Source: Octopus bimaculoides
Lineage: Eukaryota
Length of the DNA: 64,000 bases
Assembly: GCF_001194135.2 (NCBI RefSeq)
Contig: NC_068993.1
Coordinates: 5,981,377 to 6,045,376 of the forward strand
Direction: 5' to 3'
In this document: positions 13,269 to 25,121 of the stretch, one piece after another
Layout of the letters: every line of letters starts with the position of its first letter
How positions within the stretch are numbered: position 1 is the first letter of the stretch
Notes under the pieces: generated by a model
The model's database searches: none
What the model was told of the DNA's origin: nothing
What the model saw: only the letters and a program-made list of their open reading frames with translations
Made by a program: the position numbers and the translations under genes

Positions 13269-14841
13269 GGCCTGCCAGCNNNNNNNNNNNNNNNNNNNNN
13301 NNNNNNNNNNNNNNNNNNNNNNNNNNNNNNNNNNNNNNNNNNNNNNNNNNNNNNNNNNNNNNNNNNNNNNNNNNNNNNNNNNNNNNNNNNNNNNNNNNNN
13401 NNNNNNNNNNNNNNNNNNNNNNNNNNNNNNNNNNNNNNNNNNNNNNNNNNNNNNNNNNNNNNNNNNNNNNNNNNNNNNNNNNNNNNNNNNNNNNNNNNNN
13501 NNNNNNNNNNNNNNNNNNNNNNNNNNNNNNNNNNNNNNNNNNNNNNNNNNNNNNNNNNNNNNNNNNNNNNNNNNNNNNNNNNNNNNNNNNNNNNNNNNNN
13601 NNNNNNNNNNNNNNNNNNNNNNNNNNNNNNNNNNNNNNNNNNNNNNNNNNNNNNNNNNNNNNNNNNNNNNNNNNNNNNNNNNNNNNNNNNNNNNNNNNNN
13701 NNNNNNNNNNNNNNNNNNNNNNNNNNNNNNNNNNNNNNNNNNNNNNNNNNNNNNNNNNNNNNNNNNNNNNNNNNNNNNNNNNNNNNNNNNNNNNNNNNNN
13801 NNNNNNNNNNNNNNNNNNNNNNNNNNNNNNNNNNNNNNNNNNNNNNNNNNNNNNNNNNNNNNNNNNNNNNNNNNNNNNNNNNNNNNNNNNNNNNNNNNNN
13901 NNNNNNNNNNNNNNNNNNNNNNNNNNNNNNNNATATATATATAAATATATATATATATGTATACATATATATATAAATATATACACACACATACATACAT
14001 ATATATATATATATATACATACAGGTATAAACACACACTAATTTTAGTAGCAGACACAGACTAAGAAATGACGACTAAGCATAGATAACTGCTGGATATC
14101 ACATAGAGCTATTGTTTTTATTTCATTTATTTATCATTTATGTATTTCGTCTTGTTTATCATTTACACATTTTACCTATAAAACCCACAGATCAGATAAT
14201 TAAGCCGGATAAATGATTTATTCAGACACAATTTGCATGCTCCACTACATTCAGCGCAGATATTTTAAACTGCTGTAGAAGTTAGATATCTCACTGCGTT
14301 CTTCCGGCCCGTTACACATTTAAACATCCAGTTTAAATATGGTCGCCGTTTAAAACCGCTTTCTTTTTAGCTAATGATTGGAGCTAATGGAGTGTAGCAT
14401 GATCTTCATATCTTTCTTGTGAGCTTCGTTACTTTCTCACCGTGTTCTGCTCACCAGTCTTCGTAAATGGTCTTTGTTTCTGTTTTTGATTTCTTTACAT
14501 TTGTTTTTGGCTAGTTACCAAAGACATTACAGTTAATTTGATCTTTCGAAATGCGTTACTAATAACCTCTTCTCTTTTGTATATTGCATTGTTTTTGTTA
14601 TTGATTTTTTTGTTTTTGTGCTTGCCTAATTGTTCGATTGTTGAAGAATCGTATTCTTTATTTCCATTAAAGGAAAATAAAATTACCATAAAAGAAAACT
14701 CAAAAGAATCTCAAAGTACCGTACATAAATGCCGTGAACCAATCATTTCGCTTGTCGGAAATCTGGTACAAACGATGCCTTTGTTCACAGAAAACAATGA
14801 AATGTAAAATAAAGAGAAATATAAAAATAAAAATAAAATAA

Positions 14842-14940
14842 ATGTGTGGTTAGGAAGCTATTTTGTGACACCGAGGTTTCGTGTTCAACCGCTGTGTGAG
14901 AGACCTTGGACAAATATGTTGTACAATAGCTCCGGGTCGG
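14842..14940 (+). mobile_element. SINE family B tRNA-like head, truncated
   Basis: GTGGTTAGGAAGCT..GGTTTCGTGTTCAA..GACCTTGGACAAAT..ATAGC aligns with the reverse complement of 36885-36990. Confidence 0.6.
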
Positions 14941-14944
14941 AGCT

Positions 14945-14975
<31 letters not shown>

Positions 14976-14979
14976 TTAT

Positions 14980-15017
<38 letters not shown>

Positions 15018-15733
15018 TTATATTTATCCTATTTTATATCGGCGCAGCTCCGCGTGATCCCACAAAAAAACTGGTATTGCCAGTTGGCATCATTAGGCTG
15101 TATATATATATATATANNNNNNNNNNNNNNNNNNNNNNNNNNNNNNNNNNNNNNNNNNNNNNNNNNNNNNNNNNNNNNNNNNNNNNNNNNNNNNNNNNNN
15201 NNNNNNNNNNNNNNNNNNNNNNNNNNNNNNNNNNNNNNNNNNNNNNNNNNNNNNNNNNNNNNNNNNNNNNNNNNNNNNNNNNNNNNNNNNNNNNNNNNNN
15301 NNNNNNNNNNNNNNNNNNNNNNNNNNNNNNNNNNNNNNNNNNNNNNNNNNNNNNNNNNNNNNNNNNNNNNNNNNNNNNNNNNNNNNNNNNNNNNNNNNNN
15401 NNNNNNNNNNNNNNNNNNNNNNNNNNNNNNNNNNNNNNNNNNNNNNNNNNNNNNNNNNNNNNNNNNNNNNNNNNNNNNNNNNNNNNNNNNNNNNNNNNNN
15501 NNNNNNNNNNNNNNNNNNNNNNNNNNNNNNNNNNNNNNNNNNNNNNNNNNNNNNNNNNNNNNNNNNNNNNNNNNNNNNNNNNNNNNNNNNNNNGATAAAT
15601 GAGTAATATAAATCTAACTAAGAACGTCTGTAATCAGTAATCCCATAATTCCTGGTTTGAAGGTTGCACAAGATGTCAGCCGTTGCTGAAATATATGAGA
15701 GTTGAGTTGGAGAGAGAGTGGGGAGGAGATAAG

Positions 15734-15779
<46 letters not shown>

Positions 15780-17410
15780 TGTGTGTTTGCTCACCGTACT
15801 AGAAATAGTGGCCGGTTTTCTCTCAAATCACATCTAATAATCTGTGAAATAAGAAGAAAATAAGTGAAAAGATAGAAAAAAAAATAGTTACAGCAAAAGA
15901 CAAATCAAAATAGAGCTCGAAAATATATTTTAAGTAATGGAGAGAATAAATATACCGTCGTAAAACTGATAAGAATCGACAGAGAGCGGAAGTAAGAGAG
16001 CATGAAAGACCAATGGTGGCTCCTAAACTGTTGTAAAGATAGAATCCAGTCTTATTTTAGCTGCACAGATACAATATCTGTCCGCCATAACAAAATACAA
16101 AAAAAAAGCAGGAAAATAGACAAAATAATGAAATATGAGATCAACTAGAAATGGTTGGTGTGCAGTTAGTGTTACGCTGGAAAGAAAGTCCTGCTGCATA
16201 TCAAGGGAAAGAAATAACGCTTGTTTGGACTTAATTAATATATTTAATCAAGATAATATTTCCCTTCATTATGGATAACGTAATCCCATAATATAATTCC
16301 ATCATTTGGCAAATTGATGGTCCGTCAGGCGTAAAATTTCTTCAGATTTTGAAGTAGAAAAAACCCACTCAATATCACTTTTAAGCGCTTTACAATTAAT
16401 AAACTGTTTTTCCTCTAAACAATCTTCCTTCTGTCTTTTTATCTTTCGTTTCTTTCAGTCACTGGACTGTGGTCTTGCTAGAGACTCGTCCTNNNNNNNN
16501 NNNNNNNNNNNNNNNNNNNNNNNNNNNNNNNNNNNNNNNNNNNNNNNNNNNNNNNNNNNNNNNNNNNNNNNNNNNNNNNNNNNNNNNNNNNNNNNNNNNN
16601 NNNNNNNNNNNNNNNNNNNNNNNNNNNNNNNNNNNNNNNNNNNNNNNNNNNNNNNNNNNNNNNNNNNNNNNNNNNNNNNNNNNNNNNNNNNNNNNNNNNN
16701 NNNNNNNNNNNNNNNNNNNNNNNNNNNNNNNNNNNNNNNNNNNNNNNNNNNNNNNNNNNNNNNNNNNNNNNNNNNNNNNNNNNNNNNNNNNNNNNNNNNN
16801 NNNNNNNNNNNNNNNNNNNNNNNNNNNNNNNNNNNNNNNNNNNNNNNNNNNNNNNNNNNNNNNNNNNNNNNNNNNNNNNNNNNNNNNNNNNNNNNNNNNN
16901 NNNNNNNNNNNNNNNNNNNNNNNNNNNNNNNNNNNNNNNNNNNNNNNNNNNNNNNNNNNNNNNNNNNNNNNNNNNNNNNNNNNNNNNNNNNNNNNNNNNN
17001 NNNNNNNNNNNNNNNNNNNNNNNNNNNNNNNNNNNNNNNNNNNNNNNNNNNNNNNNNNNNNNNNNNNNNNNNNNNNNNNNNNNNNNNNNNNNNNNNNNNN
17101 NNNNNNNNNNNNNNNNNNNNNNNNNNNNNNNNNNNNNNNNNNNNNNNNNNNNNNNNNNNNNNNNNNNNNNNNNNNNNNNNNNNNNNNNNNNNNNNNNNNN
17201 NNNNNNNNNNNNNNNNNNNNNNNNNNNNNNNNNNNNNNNNNNNNNNNNNNNNNNNNNNNNNNNNNNNNNNNNNNNNNNNNNNNNNNNNNNNNNNNNNNNN
17301 NNNNNNNNNNNNNNNNNNNNNNNNNNNNNNNNNNNNNNNNNNNNNNNNNNNNNNNNNNNNNNNNNNNNNNNNNNNGGGGGGGGGGGGTCGAGCAAATGGA
17401 CATGAAGACA

Positions 17411-17586
17411 AAGGCGGCGAACTGGCAGAAACCTTAGCACGCCGGGCGAGATGCTTAGCGGTATTTTGTCTGCCGTTACGTTCTGAGTTCGGGGAGGGAC
17501 CAGTCGATTAGATCGACCCAGTACGCAACTGGTACTTAATTTATCGACCCCAAAAGGATGAAAAGCAAAGTCGACTTCGGTGGAAT
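17411..17586. mobile_element. SINE family A with its 3' half inverted
   Basis: Plus-strand head 17411-17490 ends GAGTTC and is joined directly to the reverse complement of the 3' half (17491-17586). Confidence 0.8.
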
Positions 17587-18052
17587 CAGTTTATATACTC
17601 AACAAATATAGTAGCTATAGAAAATTGGAGGTGCTAATTTGCATACCGTAAGTGTTAATACTTCCTTTAGTATTTGAGGCCTGTCAACAAGGATCTCAGT
17701 CCACATAGTATCAAGATATGATTTAACATATTTCTGTAAAGATGATTTATTCTCAGACAAAAATCACACCGCCGTGCCTTTCACTGGTATATATACATAT
17801 ACGTTAAATATAATATACAGTCGACTGGAGTTTATTCTTTTATTGAGGAAATCATCATTTGCTAACGTTCTATCAATCATTTAAACTTTAAATTTTTGAT
17901 ATTGAAATGTCAATGGTGTTGTAATCTGGTTTGCTTTCTCCTCTTGGTTCCACAGTATTTGTGAATTTGCCAACATTGCCGGCGGCCACTTAAGGTTGAA
18001 GAAACTGGTGTTGTAAACATAATTTCTTTTACTGAATATTATATACTACACA

Positions 18053-18092
<40 letters not shown>

Positions 18093-18168
18093 TGTAGTAT
18101 AAAATATATATATGTATATATATCTGTGTGTGCGTGTATTTGCATGAATGTTTATATACATATACGTG

Positions 18169-18214
<46 letters not shown>

Positions 18215-18231
18215 AGAATATAAGAAAAAAC

Positions 18232-18395
18232 AACAACAGACGAGGACAGGTGGTGTAAATAACAAAAGGATGTATTAGTATGACGCTCGGGAATACGGAA
18301 AGTCTTTGACGTTTCGAGCTACGCTCTTCAACAGAAAGAATACGGAGACAAGGAGAAAAACATGGAGAAAAAAAAATTGAATAGTGTCCAGTCAA
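18232..18395 (-). mobile_element. Dispersed repeat carrying the hammerhead motif (possible PLE terminal-repeat derivative)
   Basis: Sequence 3' of the motif (..CCCGAGCGTCATACTAATAC..TTTTGT) is homologous to 20521-20590. Confidence 0.55.
18303..18339 (-). ncRNA. Minimal type-I hammerhead ribozyme-like motif (A6 mutated)
   Basis: Minus strand: UCUUU CUGuUGA A GAGC GUA GCUC GAAA CG UC AAAGA, giving a 5-bp stem I, 4-bp stem II and a GUC cleavage triplet. Confidence 0.65.
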
Positions 18396-19512
18396 CGGTC
18401 AAATGTATGTACATACACACACACTCACACATGCGTACATATATGTCATCAGAGAAGAAGCATATATATGGCCACCTGATTCACCAGGAATAGCAGCCAA
18501 ATGTCCTGATCACAAAACAGAACATATTAAAACAAGAAGGAATCATTGCTCAATGTACCCCAGGACCTAATATTTATTAAAGAAAGAAAAATAAAGAAAA
18601 GGAGGGCGAAATTGTCACAACGTAAAAGCCCTTTTATCAATGACCTACCCTATCTAAATTGACTTAGGCTAAACAGGAGCAACAACGACCACAACAGCAT
18701 CAACAATTACATGTATGTATCTATCTATTTATATACGTGTGTGTCTGTCTGTGTATCTGTCTGTTTGTGTGTGTGTCTGTCTATCTATCTACCTATATAT
18801 ANNNNNNNNNNNNNNNNNNNNNNNNNNNNNNNNNNNNATATACAGATATATATATATATACACATGCACACGCGCATCATTAGTTAAAGTATTGCTCATT
18901 GCAATAACAATACAGTGCAAAATGAATTACATTTTGTATATGAAACACTATTTAATATTCAAAGGTGATGTCAAAGCCATTCTCTTCTCTTATATATTCA
19001 CCACGTTGAGGTTTAGCCAGAAAAAAATTGATTAGTTTTCAAATGAATGGAACGCTCCATAAAATCGTCAACACATTACGTCTGCTCTCCAGTTTTCATT
19101 AGTAATTACAGTTAATTTCTTTCATTTTATGTCTCTAGTGTTATTCAAATGAAATACGGACGTCACATAACTACATTTTCTACTCATATAAGACGTCAAT
19201 AGGAATTTCATTTTGCTTAAAAGGTATTAGAAATGTTTCGGTTTTCGCGTTTGGTTTGCAAGATTCTTGATGTGAAATCGTGTGTTGAAACAAATAAAGT
19301 GCTATATTAAATTTCACCAAAATAAAATGTGCTGAATTATACAATAAGATTAATTAGATTAAACAAGACAAGCCACATATCAACTACATCAACGAATGAC
19401 GTAGCTTGTATGTGATCGATTGATCTGCTTGAAATAGCAGCCAAGTCTCTCATATTGTATTCAAACGTCTTAAAAAAAGAGACGCAATGAATAATTTAGT
19501 CTGGGATATATT

Positions 19513-19712
19513 TATTTCTTTATTGCTCACAGGGGGCTAAACATAGAGAGAACAAAGGGATTAAGTCGATTGCATAACTGGTACTAACTTAATCGACCCC
19601 GAAAGGATGAAAGGCAAAGTCGACCTCGGCGGAATTTGAACTCAGATCGTAACGGCAGACGAAATACCGCTAAGGATTTCGTCCGGCGTGCTAACGATTC
19701 TGCCAGCTAGCC
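19513..19712 (-). mobile_element. Near full-length SINE family A with 14-bp TSD, nested in a family E copy
   Basis: TSD GTCTGGGATATATT at 19499-19512 and 19713-19726; Pol III A-box-like TGGCAGAATCGTTAG and B-box GTTCAAATTCC on the minus strand. Confidence 0.92.
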
Positions 19713-20488
19713 GTCTGGGATATATTATGCCTGAAAACCTATACGATGGTTAGGACTAGATCGAGGAGACTTTGGTCTATTGGTCTACAAACAGCAACCG
19801 CATATGACTTACACCTGATTTGCTTTCGCTGTTGCTCACGGAAGAAATTTGATTTTCAATAAATGACAATTTTGTTATAGAATGTATAAATATATTTATT
19901 TCGTCTGGAAATCGAATTGGAAATATCAGTGAATTTTTGAGAAGTTTGCAAGAATTTTCATGTCGGAATGAAATTAACTGAAGTCTTGAATTGACGAATT
20001 GAGAGAACTTTGGTAAAAGGAAAGAAAGAACTTTATCTTCTGGATTCTAATGATATGGAAAGACTCTGACAATCACACAGTCGATTTACGACCAACTTCC
20101 GCTATATTGGCGTCTTTAGATTCAATTGTTTACACAAGAGAAAACCCAACATATTTAAACAAAACATATCTAATTATACTCTCTGTAGCTAGCTCTGATG
20201 AGCAATCATGCTCTTGTTGTTGCAACTGTCGGTTGTCTTGTGGATAGGAAGTTCATTCATTAACCAAAGTAATTAACACGAAGAATGGAGATTTTTACAG
20301 ATCCGATTCTAGCTTCAAAGGATCTAATTTGCAATTTTAATTGGCTGATTCTTGTCGGAGATTTCAATTTGGACGAGAACTCTCTCCAAAACCGCAAAGC
20401 TACTGGAATCAAAGCCGAGTCGACAAAGCAATAAATAAATAAATTGATTTTTCCCTGGTTCATCCTTTGGACTTTTCTGTTTTTTCTA

Positions 20489-20521
20489 TTTCCGAAGAAG
20501 ATCTATGCTCGAAACGTAAAA
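20489..20521 (+). ncRNA. Second, more degenerate copy of the hammerhead-like motif
   Basis: UUU CcGAAGA A GAuC UAU GCUC GAAA CG UA AAA; same architecture and homologous 3' flank as 18303-18339. Confidence 0.5.
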
Positions 20522-20638
20522 CAACTACTCTCCCCTTTCTCGGAGCATCATATTAATACTTTTGTGCTACGTCCTCACGTTTGTTTGTTTGTTTTTCCTT
20601 TTTCATTTTCCCTTGTTTATTTCTCTGCTTATTTTTAC

Positions 20639-20682
<44 letters not shown>

Positions 20683-21584
20683 NNNNNNNNNNNNNNNNNN
20701 NNNNNNNNNNNNNNNNNNNNNNNNNNNNNNNNNNNNNNNNNNNNNNNNNNNNNNNNNNNNNNNNNNNNNNNNNNNNNNNNNNNNNNNNNNNNNNNNNNNN
20801 NNNNNNNNNNNNNNNNNNNNNNNNNNNNNNNNNNNNNNNNNNNNNNNNNNNNNNNNNNNNNNNNNNNNNNNNNNNNNNNNNNNNNNNNNNNNNNNNNNNN
20901 NNNNNNNNNNNNNNNNNNNNNNNNNNNNNNNNNNNNNNNNNNNNNNNNNNNNNNNNNNNNNNNNNNNNNNNNNNNNNNNNNNNNNNNNNNNNNNNNNNNN
21001 NNNNNNNNNNNNNNNNNNNNNNNNNNNNNNNNNNNNNNNNNNNNNNNNNNNNNNNNNNNNNNNNNNNNNNNNNNNNNNNNNNNNNNNNNNNNNNNNNNNN
21101 NNNNNNNNNNNNNNNNNNNNNNNNNNNNNNNNNNNNNNNNNNNNNNNNNNNNNNNNNNNNNNNNNNNNNNNNNNNNNNNNNNNNNNNNNNNNNNNNNNNN
21201 NNNNNNNNNNNNNNNNNNNNNNNNNNNNNNNNNNNNNNNNNNNNNNNNNNNNNNNNNNNNNNNNNNNNNNNNNNNNNNNNNNNNNNNNNNNNNNNNNNNN
21301 NNNNNNNNNNNNNNNNNNNNNNNNNNNNNNNNNNNNNNNNNNNNNNNNNNNNNNNNNNNNNNNNNNNNNNNNNNNNNNNNNNNNNNNNNNNNNNNNNNNN
21401 NNNNNNNNNNNNNNNNNNNNNNNNNNNNNNNNNNNNNNNNNNNNNNNNNNNNNNNNNNTATATATATATATAGTTACACTCATATACACACACACACATA
21501 CATACATGTGTGCGTATATGCGTATGTCTATAACACTTGTCTATTATGTCCTCCCGTTAGTGAACACAAATCTTTCATCGTTTA

Positions 21585-21790
21585 TTTTCATTTGCTTCAA
21601 TCATTGCATCGAAGTCATGCTGGGGCACCGCCTTGGAGATATTAGTAGAACAAATTGACCGCAGGACATTTTCTTTTCTAAACTTGGTAGTTATTCTATT
21701 AGTGACTTTTTTGCTGAATTTGCTGAATTTACGGGGACGTAAACAAACCCAAACCGTTTGACAAGCGATGGTGAGGGACGAACACACATA
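21585..21790 (-). mobile_element. SINE family B 3' part
   Basis: CATGCTGGGGCACCGCC..TTACGGGGACGTAAACA..CAAGCGATGG, related to 36640-36830 and 46235-46390. Confidence 0.75.
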
Positions 21791-22645
21791 TGAAGACACA
21801 CATTCGTAGATATGAACATATAGATATTCGTACACTGTGTGTGCATATGTGTGTGTGCGTGTGCGTGTATATAATACGTAAATTCCTTCCCTTCGTTCTA
21901 TTTATCACAAAGAATATATTAGGATATATATTGAGTTGGTACATTAATTTAGTAACTAAACACTGTTGCATGGAGAATTACAATTAATGCAGTTTATCGG
22001 AGAATACATTTTAAGCATAATTTTAGTGATAAACGGCATCTTAATGAAACAACATATACGGAAGCATCTAATGGTGAAACAACTCGAACGTTAAAATCTG
22101 TAAGAGGGAAAGTAAAAATATGCAAAACTTTTTTCAAGTTTAAAATATGACATAGTCGTCGTTATTCATATTCCAGCGATGAAGCTTTGTATTTTTTAGA
22201 AGCCATCTTGTTCCTCAGGCGAAGAATTGAAATAAATTAAAACAGGAGAGAACAAACAAAGAACAATACACAACACTCATATATTTACCGAGGATTTTAC
22301 TGTGCAAATGGAAGATATATTTTCTTCGCCATTCCATAGTGTTTGTTAAATATAATACCACATATAACACTAATCATACATAACAAAAATGAAAATGAAG
22401 AAACGCACAACGAAACGAAAAAAGCAAAAACAAAAAGAACCAGAAATCTTTTTCATAGAGTTTATTGCCTGTTTTTCTCCTCTTCATAATTATGTAAATA
22501 TTTAACAAGTGATATATTTCCAAAATTCCTTTTGAATAAATGAAGAATTATAGAATTATATTCACAAAGGAGAACATCTGGGAAAAAAACAACAAAATAA
22601 AAGAAAGGAAAAAATAACAAAGTATATGTAATAGAATATAAATTA

Positions 22646-22786
22646 TTCTTCTTCTTCTTCTTCTTCTTCTTCTTCTTCTTCTTCTTCTTCTTCTTCTTCT
22701 TCTTCTTCTTCTTCTTCTTCTTCTTCTTCTTCTTCTTCTTCTTCTTCTTCTTCTTCTTCTTCTTCTTCTTCTTCTTCTTCTTCTTC
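22646..22786. repeat. Perfect (TTC)47 trinucleotide repeat
   Basis: 141 bp uninterrupted. Confidence 0.95.
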
Positions 22787-23595
22787 GTAATTTATTATTA
22801 TTATTATTACTATTATTAACACGAATCCAATCCATATTGTATTGGAGTTTAGATATAAATTGAAAAACACAACAACAGTATTAACAATTATAAATAACAA
22901 GGAAAAGAAAGGAAACCGGAACGAAGAATTTTAAAGATGAATTTATTATTGATTTTTGGTTTAAATTGAAATGTAACAGACAAATACTCACAAAAGGATT
23001 CCTGAACCCATTTTTCTATCAGCAGACGTTTTCTGATATCACATATATTTTCTTTGAATTTCTTAGAATTGTTTTGTCATTCTATTGAGTAAAACCTCTG
23101 TGTGGTCTCTCAACATGTTAGATATTGTAGCCAAAGCCCTCTCAAATCCCATCCTATTGTCTTTAGAAATGGAAGTATGGAAGTATGAAAGAACATATTT
23201 GGGAGTGCATTCTGGAATAAACTAAAGAGATGGGGATGATCATGCTTATATTGCTCTTGATCATATGCCTGCTCGTCTGTGACTAACCTGGGGTTAAACA
23301 ACAATAACAATAACATGAGTATGTTTTCTCGTAAAGAGTGACTCACTGAGATCAAGTGTAAACTTTGGAGTAACTAATGAATGCCATTAAAAGATGCAAT
23401 ATACCTGTCTCATTTAGTATCACATATTAAAATATTGTGTGTAATATATTTAAGATAGTATAGATACATTGTGGCGCTCGATATCATCAATCAAAATATA
23501 CTGAATAATTATTTTAGTTAATATAAATTTAGTGTTTATCTTTTGTCAAGTTGGAAATTAAAATTTTCAAAGTTATATAAGTTAATATGAATCTA

Positions 23596-23910
23596 CTGTG
23601 GCACTTGGAGTCACAAATTAAAAAAATTCTGTGTAATAAACCGAAGTTAAATGTCGAATTAAATGTCAGGTTTAGTCACAAATTAAAACATGTAAATTTA
23701 GTGTCACAAACGGAGTCACAAATTAAAATATGTGACTCCATGGGTGTAATTGGTGCCGCAAAATAAAATATTCAAGCTAATTGTAACACTTGGAATCACA
23801 AATCAAAATATCTCAAGGAAAACATGTAAATGTGGTATCCCAATTAAAGTCACAAATTAAAATAATATATATTAATTTAAATCAAAGGTAACACCTGGAG
23901 CTACAAATTA
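23596..23910. repeat. Cluster of 6 degenerate (GG)AGTCACAAATTAAAA motifs with irregular spacers
   Basis: Motif starts at 23609, 23674, 23714, 23794, 23848 and 23899. Confidence 0.75.
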
Positions 23911-24099
23911 TGTATGAATCTTTACGTTTATGTAAATCAAAGAGCGTTTACTTTGTTCTTTGTTGTTTTATCATCCATTGTTTGTTTTACCATCCATTTT
24001 AAAATGGACGCCATCATGATCATCACCACACTCAACATTATATCGGGTCTATTTCGGTTTGATTGCGATTGAAAACAAATTATTTGAAACAACACAACT

Positions 24100-24330
24100 G
24101 GGGTACCATCTGCTGATGAGAGAGCTTCTACATAGTTGCTTGATCTGCTACAAATAGAAGTGAAATGTTCCTTAAATTATACTTTATTCTATTACCAAAA
24201 ATATAAATATACTAAAAGGCAATGAACGACACATAGGATTATGTAGTCGTAGATGCAATATAACTGGATAAAATATATACAGGGATGGTCATCAATGGAA
24301 TGCCTTTACTGATAGATGTGTTCAAGCAGG
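24100..24330 (+). mobile_element. Family E repeat copy (other fragments near 15775, 18445, 19415, 23215, 27630, 42030, 55530, 62700)
   Basis: GAGAGCTTCTACATAG..CTGCTACAAATAG..GGGATGGTCATCAATGGAATGCCTTT. Confidence 0.6.
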
Positions 24331-24831
24331 ACTAAAGTGGAACTGGACAACCCTTATCGTTGAGACTGTGCCTCATTCTTTTCCAACCCCGTAAAAAAAT
24401 TCGAGAAATCACAAACAGTAATATGAGGTGAATGGATAATGGTTTAGTTAAATTATATTCCAAGAGGAATCGAATCAGTTCCAGGAATCGAAGATTATAA
24501 TTGATAAGAGATTTGAGATTAAAACTTCAGAATAAAGAGAAGTCAAAGAAAATTTAAGTTGCAGATAAGTGTAAATGTGCTTCTGTTAGTGTAGACGAGT
24601 GTATTTACAGATCAATTAATTGTGAAATTATAATATATTTTAATATATAGATGTGTGTGTGTATATATGGGAATGAGTGCATGCGTGCAAAATTCAAAAT
24701 GATAATAATAATAATAGTGATAAATAAGGCAAAAACAAACTACTGTCAACATATACATTTCTTCTTATTGCTCAATGTTACAAGAAACCATCAAGGTACA
24801 TGAAAATGTATTATGCATAAAATGACTCGAC

Positions 24832-25070
<239 letters not shown>

Positions 25071-25121
25071 CATATACAATAGATGTATATGCAGATGAAT
25101 ATATATATATATATATATATA

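Noticed and set aside
17411-17586. Twin-priming origin of the SINE inversion
   Set aside because: The junction joins the head's 3' break to the element's 3' end, not the geometry twin priming produces.
20195-20215. CTGATGAGC..GCTC as a hammerhead
   Set aside because: No GAAA after the stem.
22548-22900. Poly-Arg and poly-Glu ORFs
   Set aside because: Translations of the (TTC)47 repeat.
23596-23910. CRISPR-like array
   Set aside because: Eukaryotic context, short degenerate repeats, irregular 40-80 bp spacing and no cas genes.
24113-24135. CTGATGAGAG as a hammerhead
   Set aside because: Part of the family E repeat; no GAAA or cleavage triplet.
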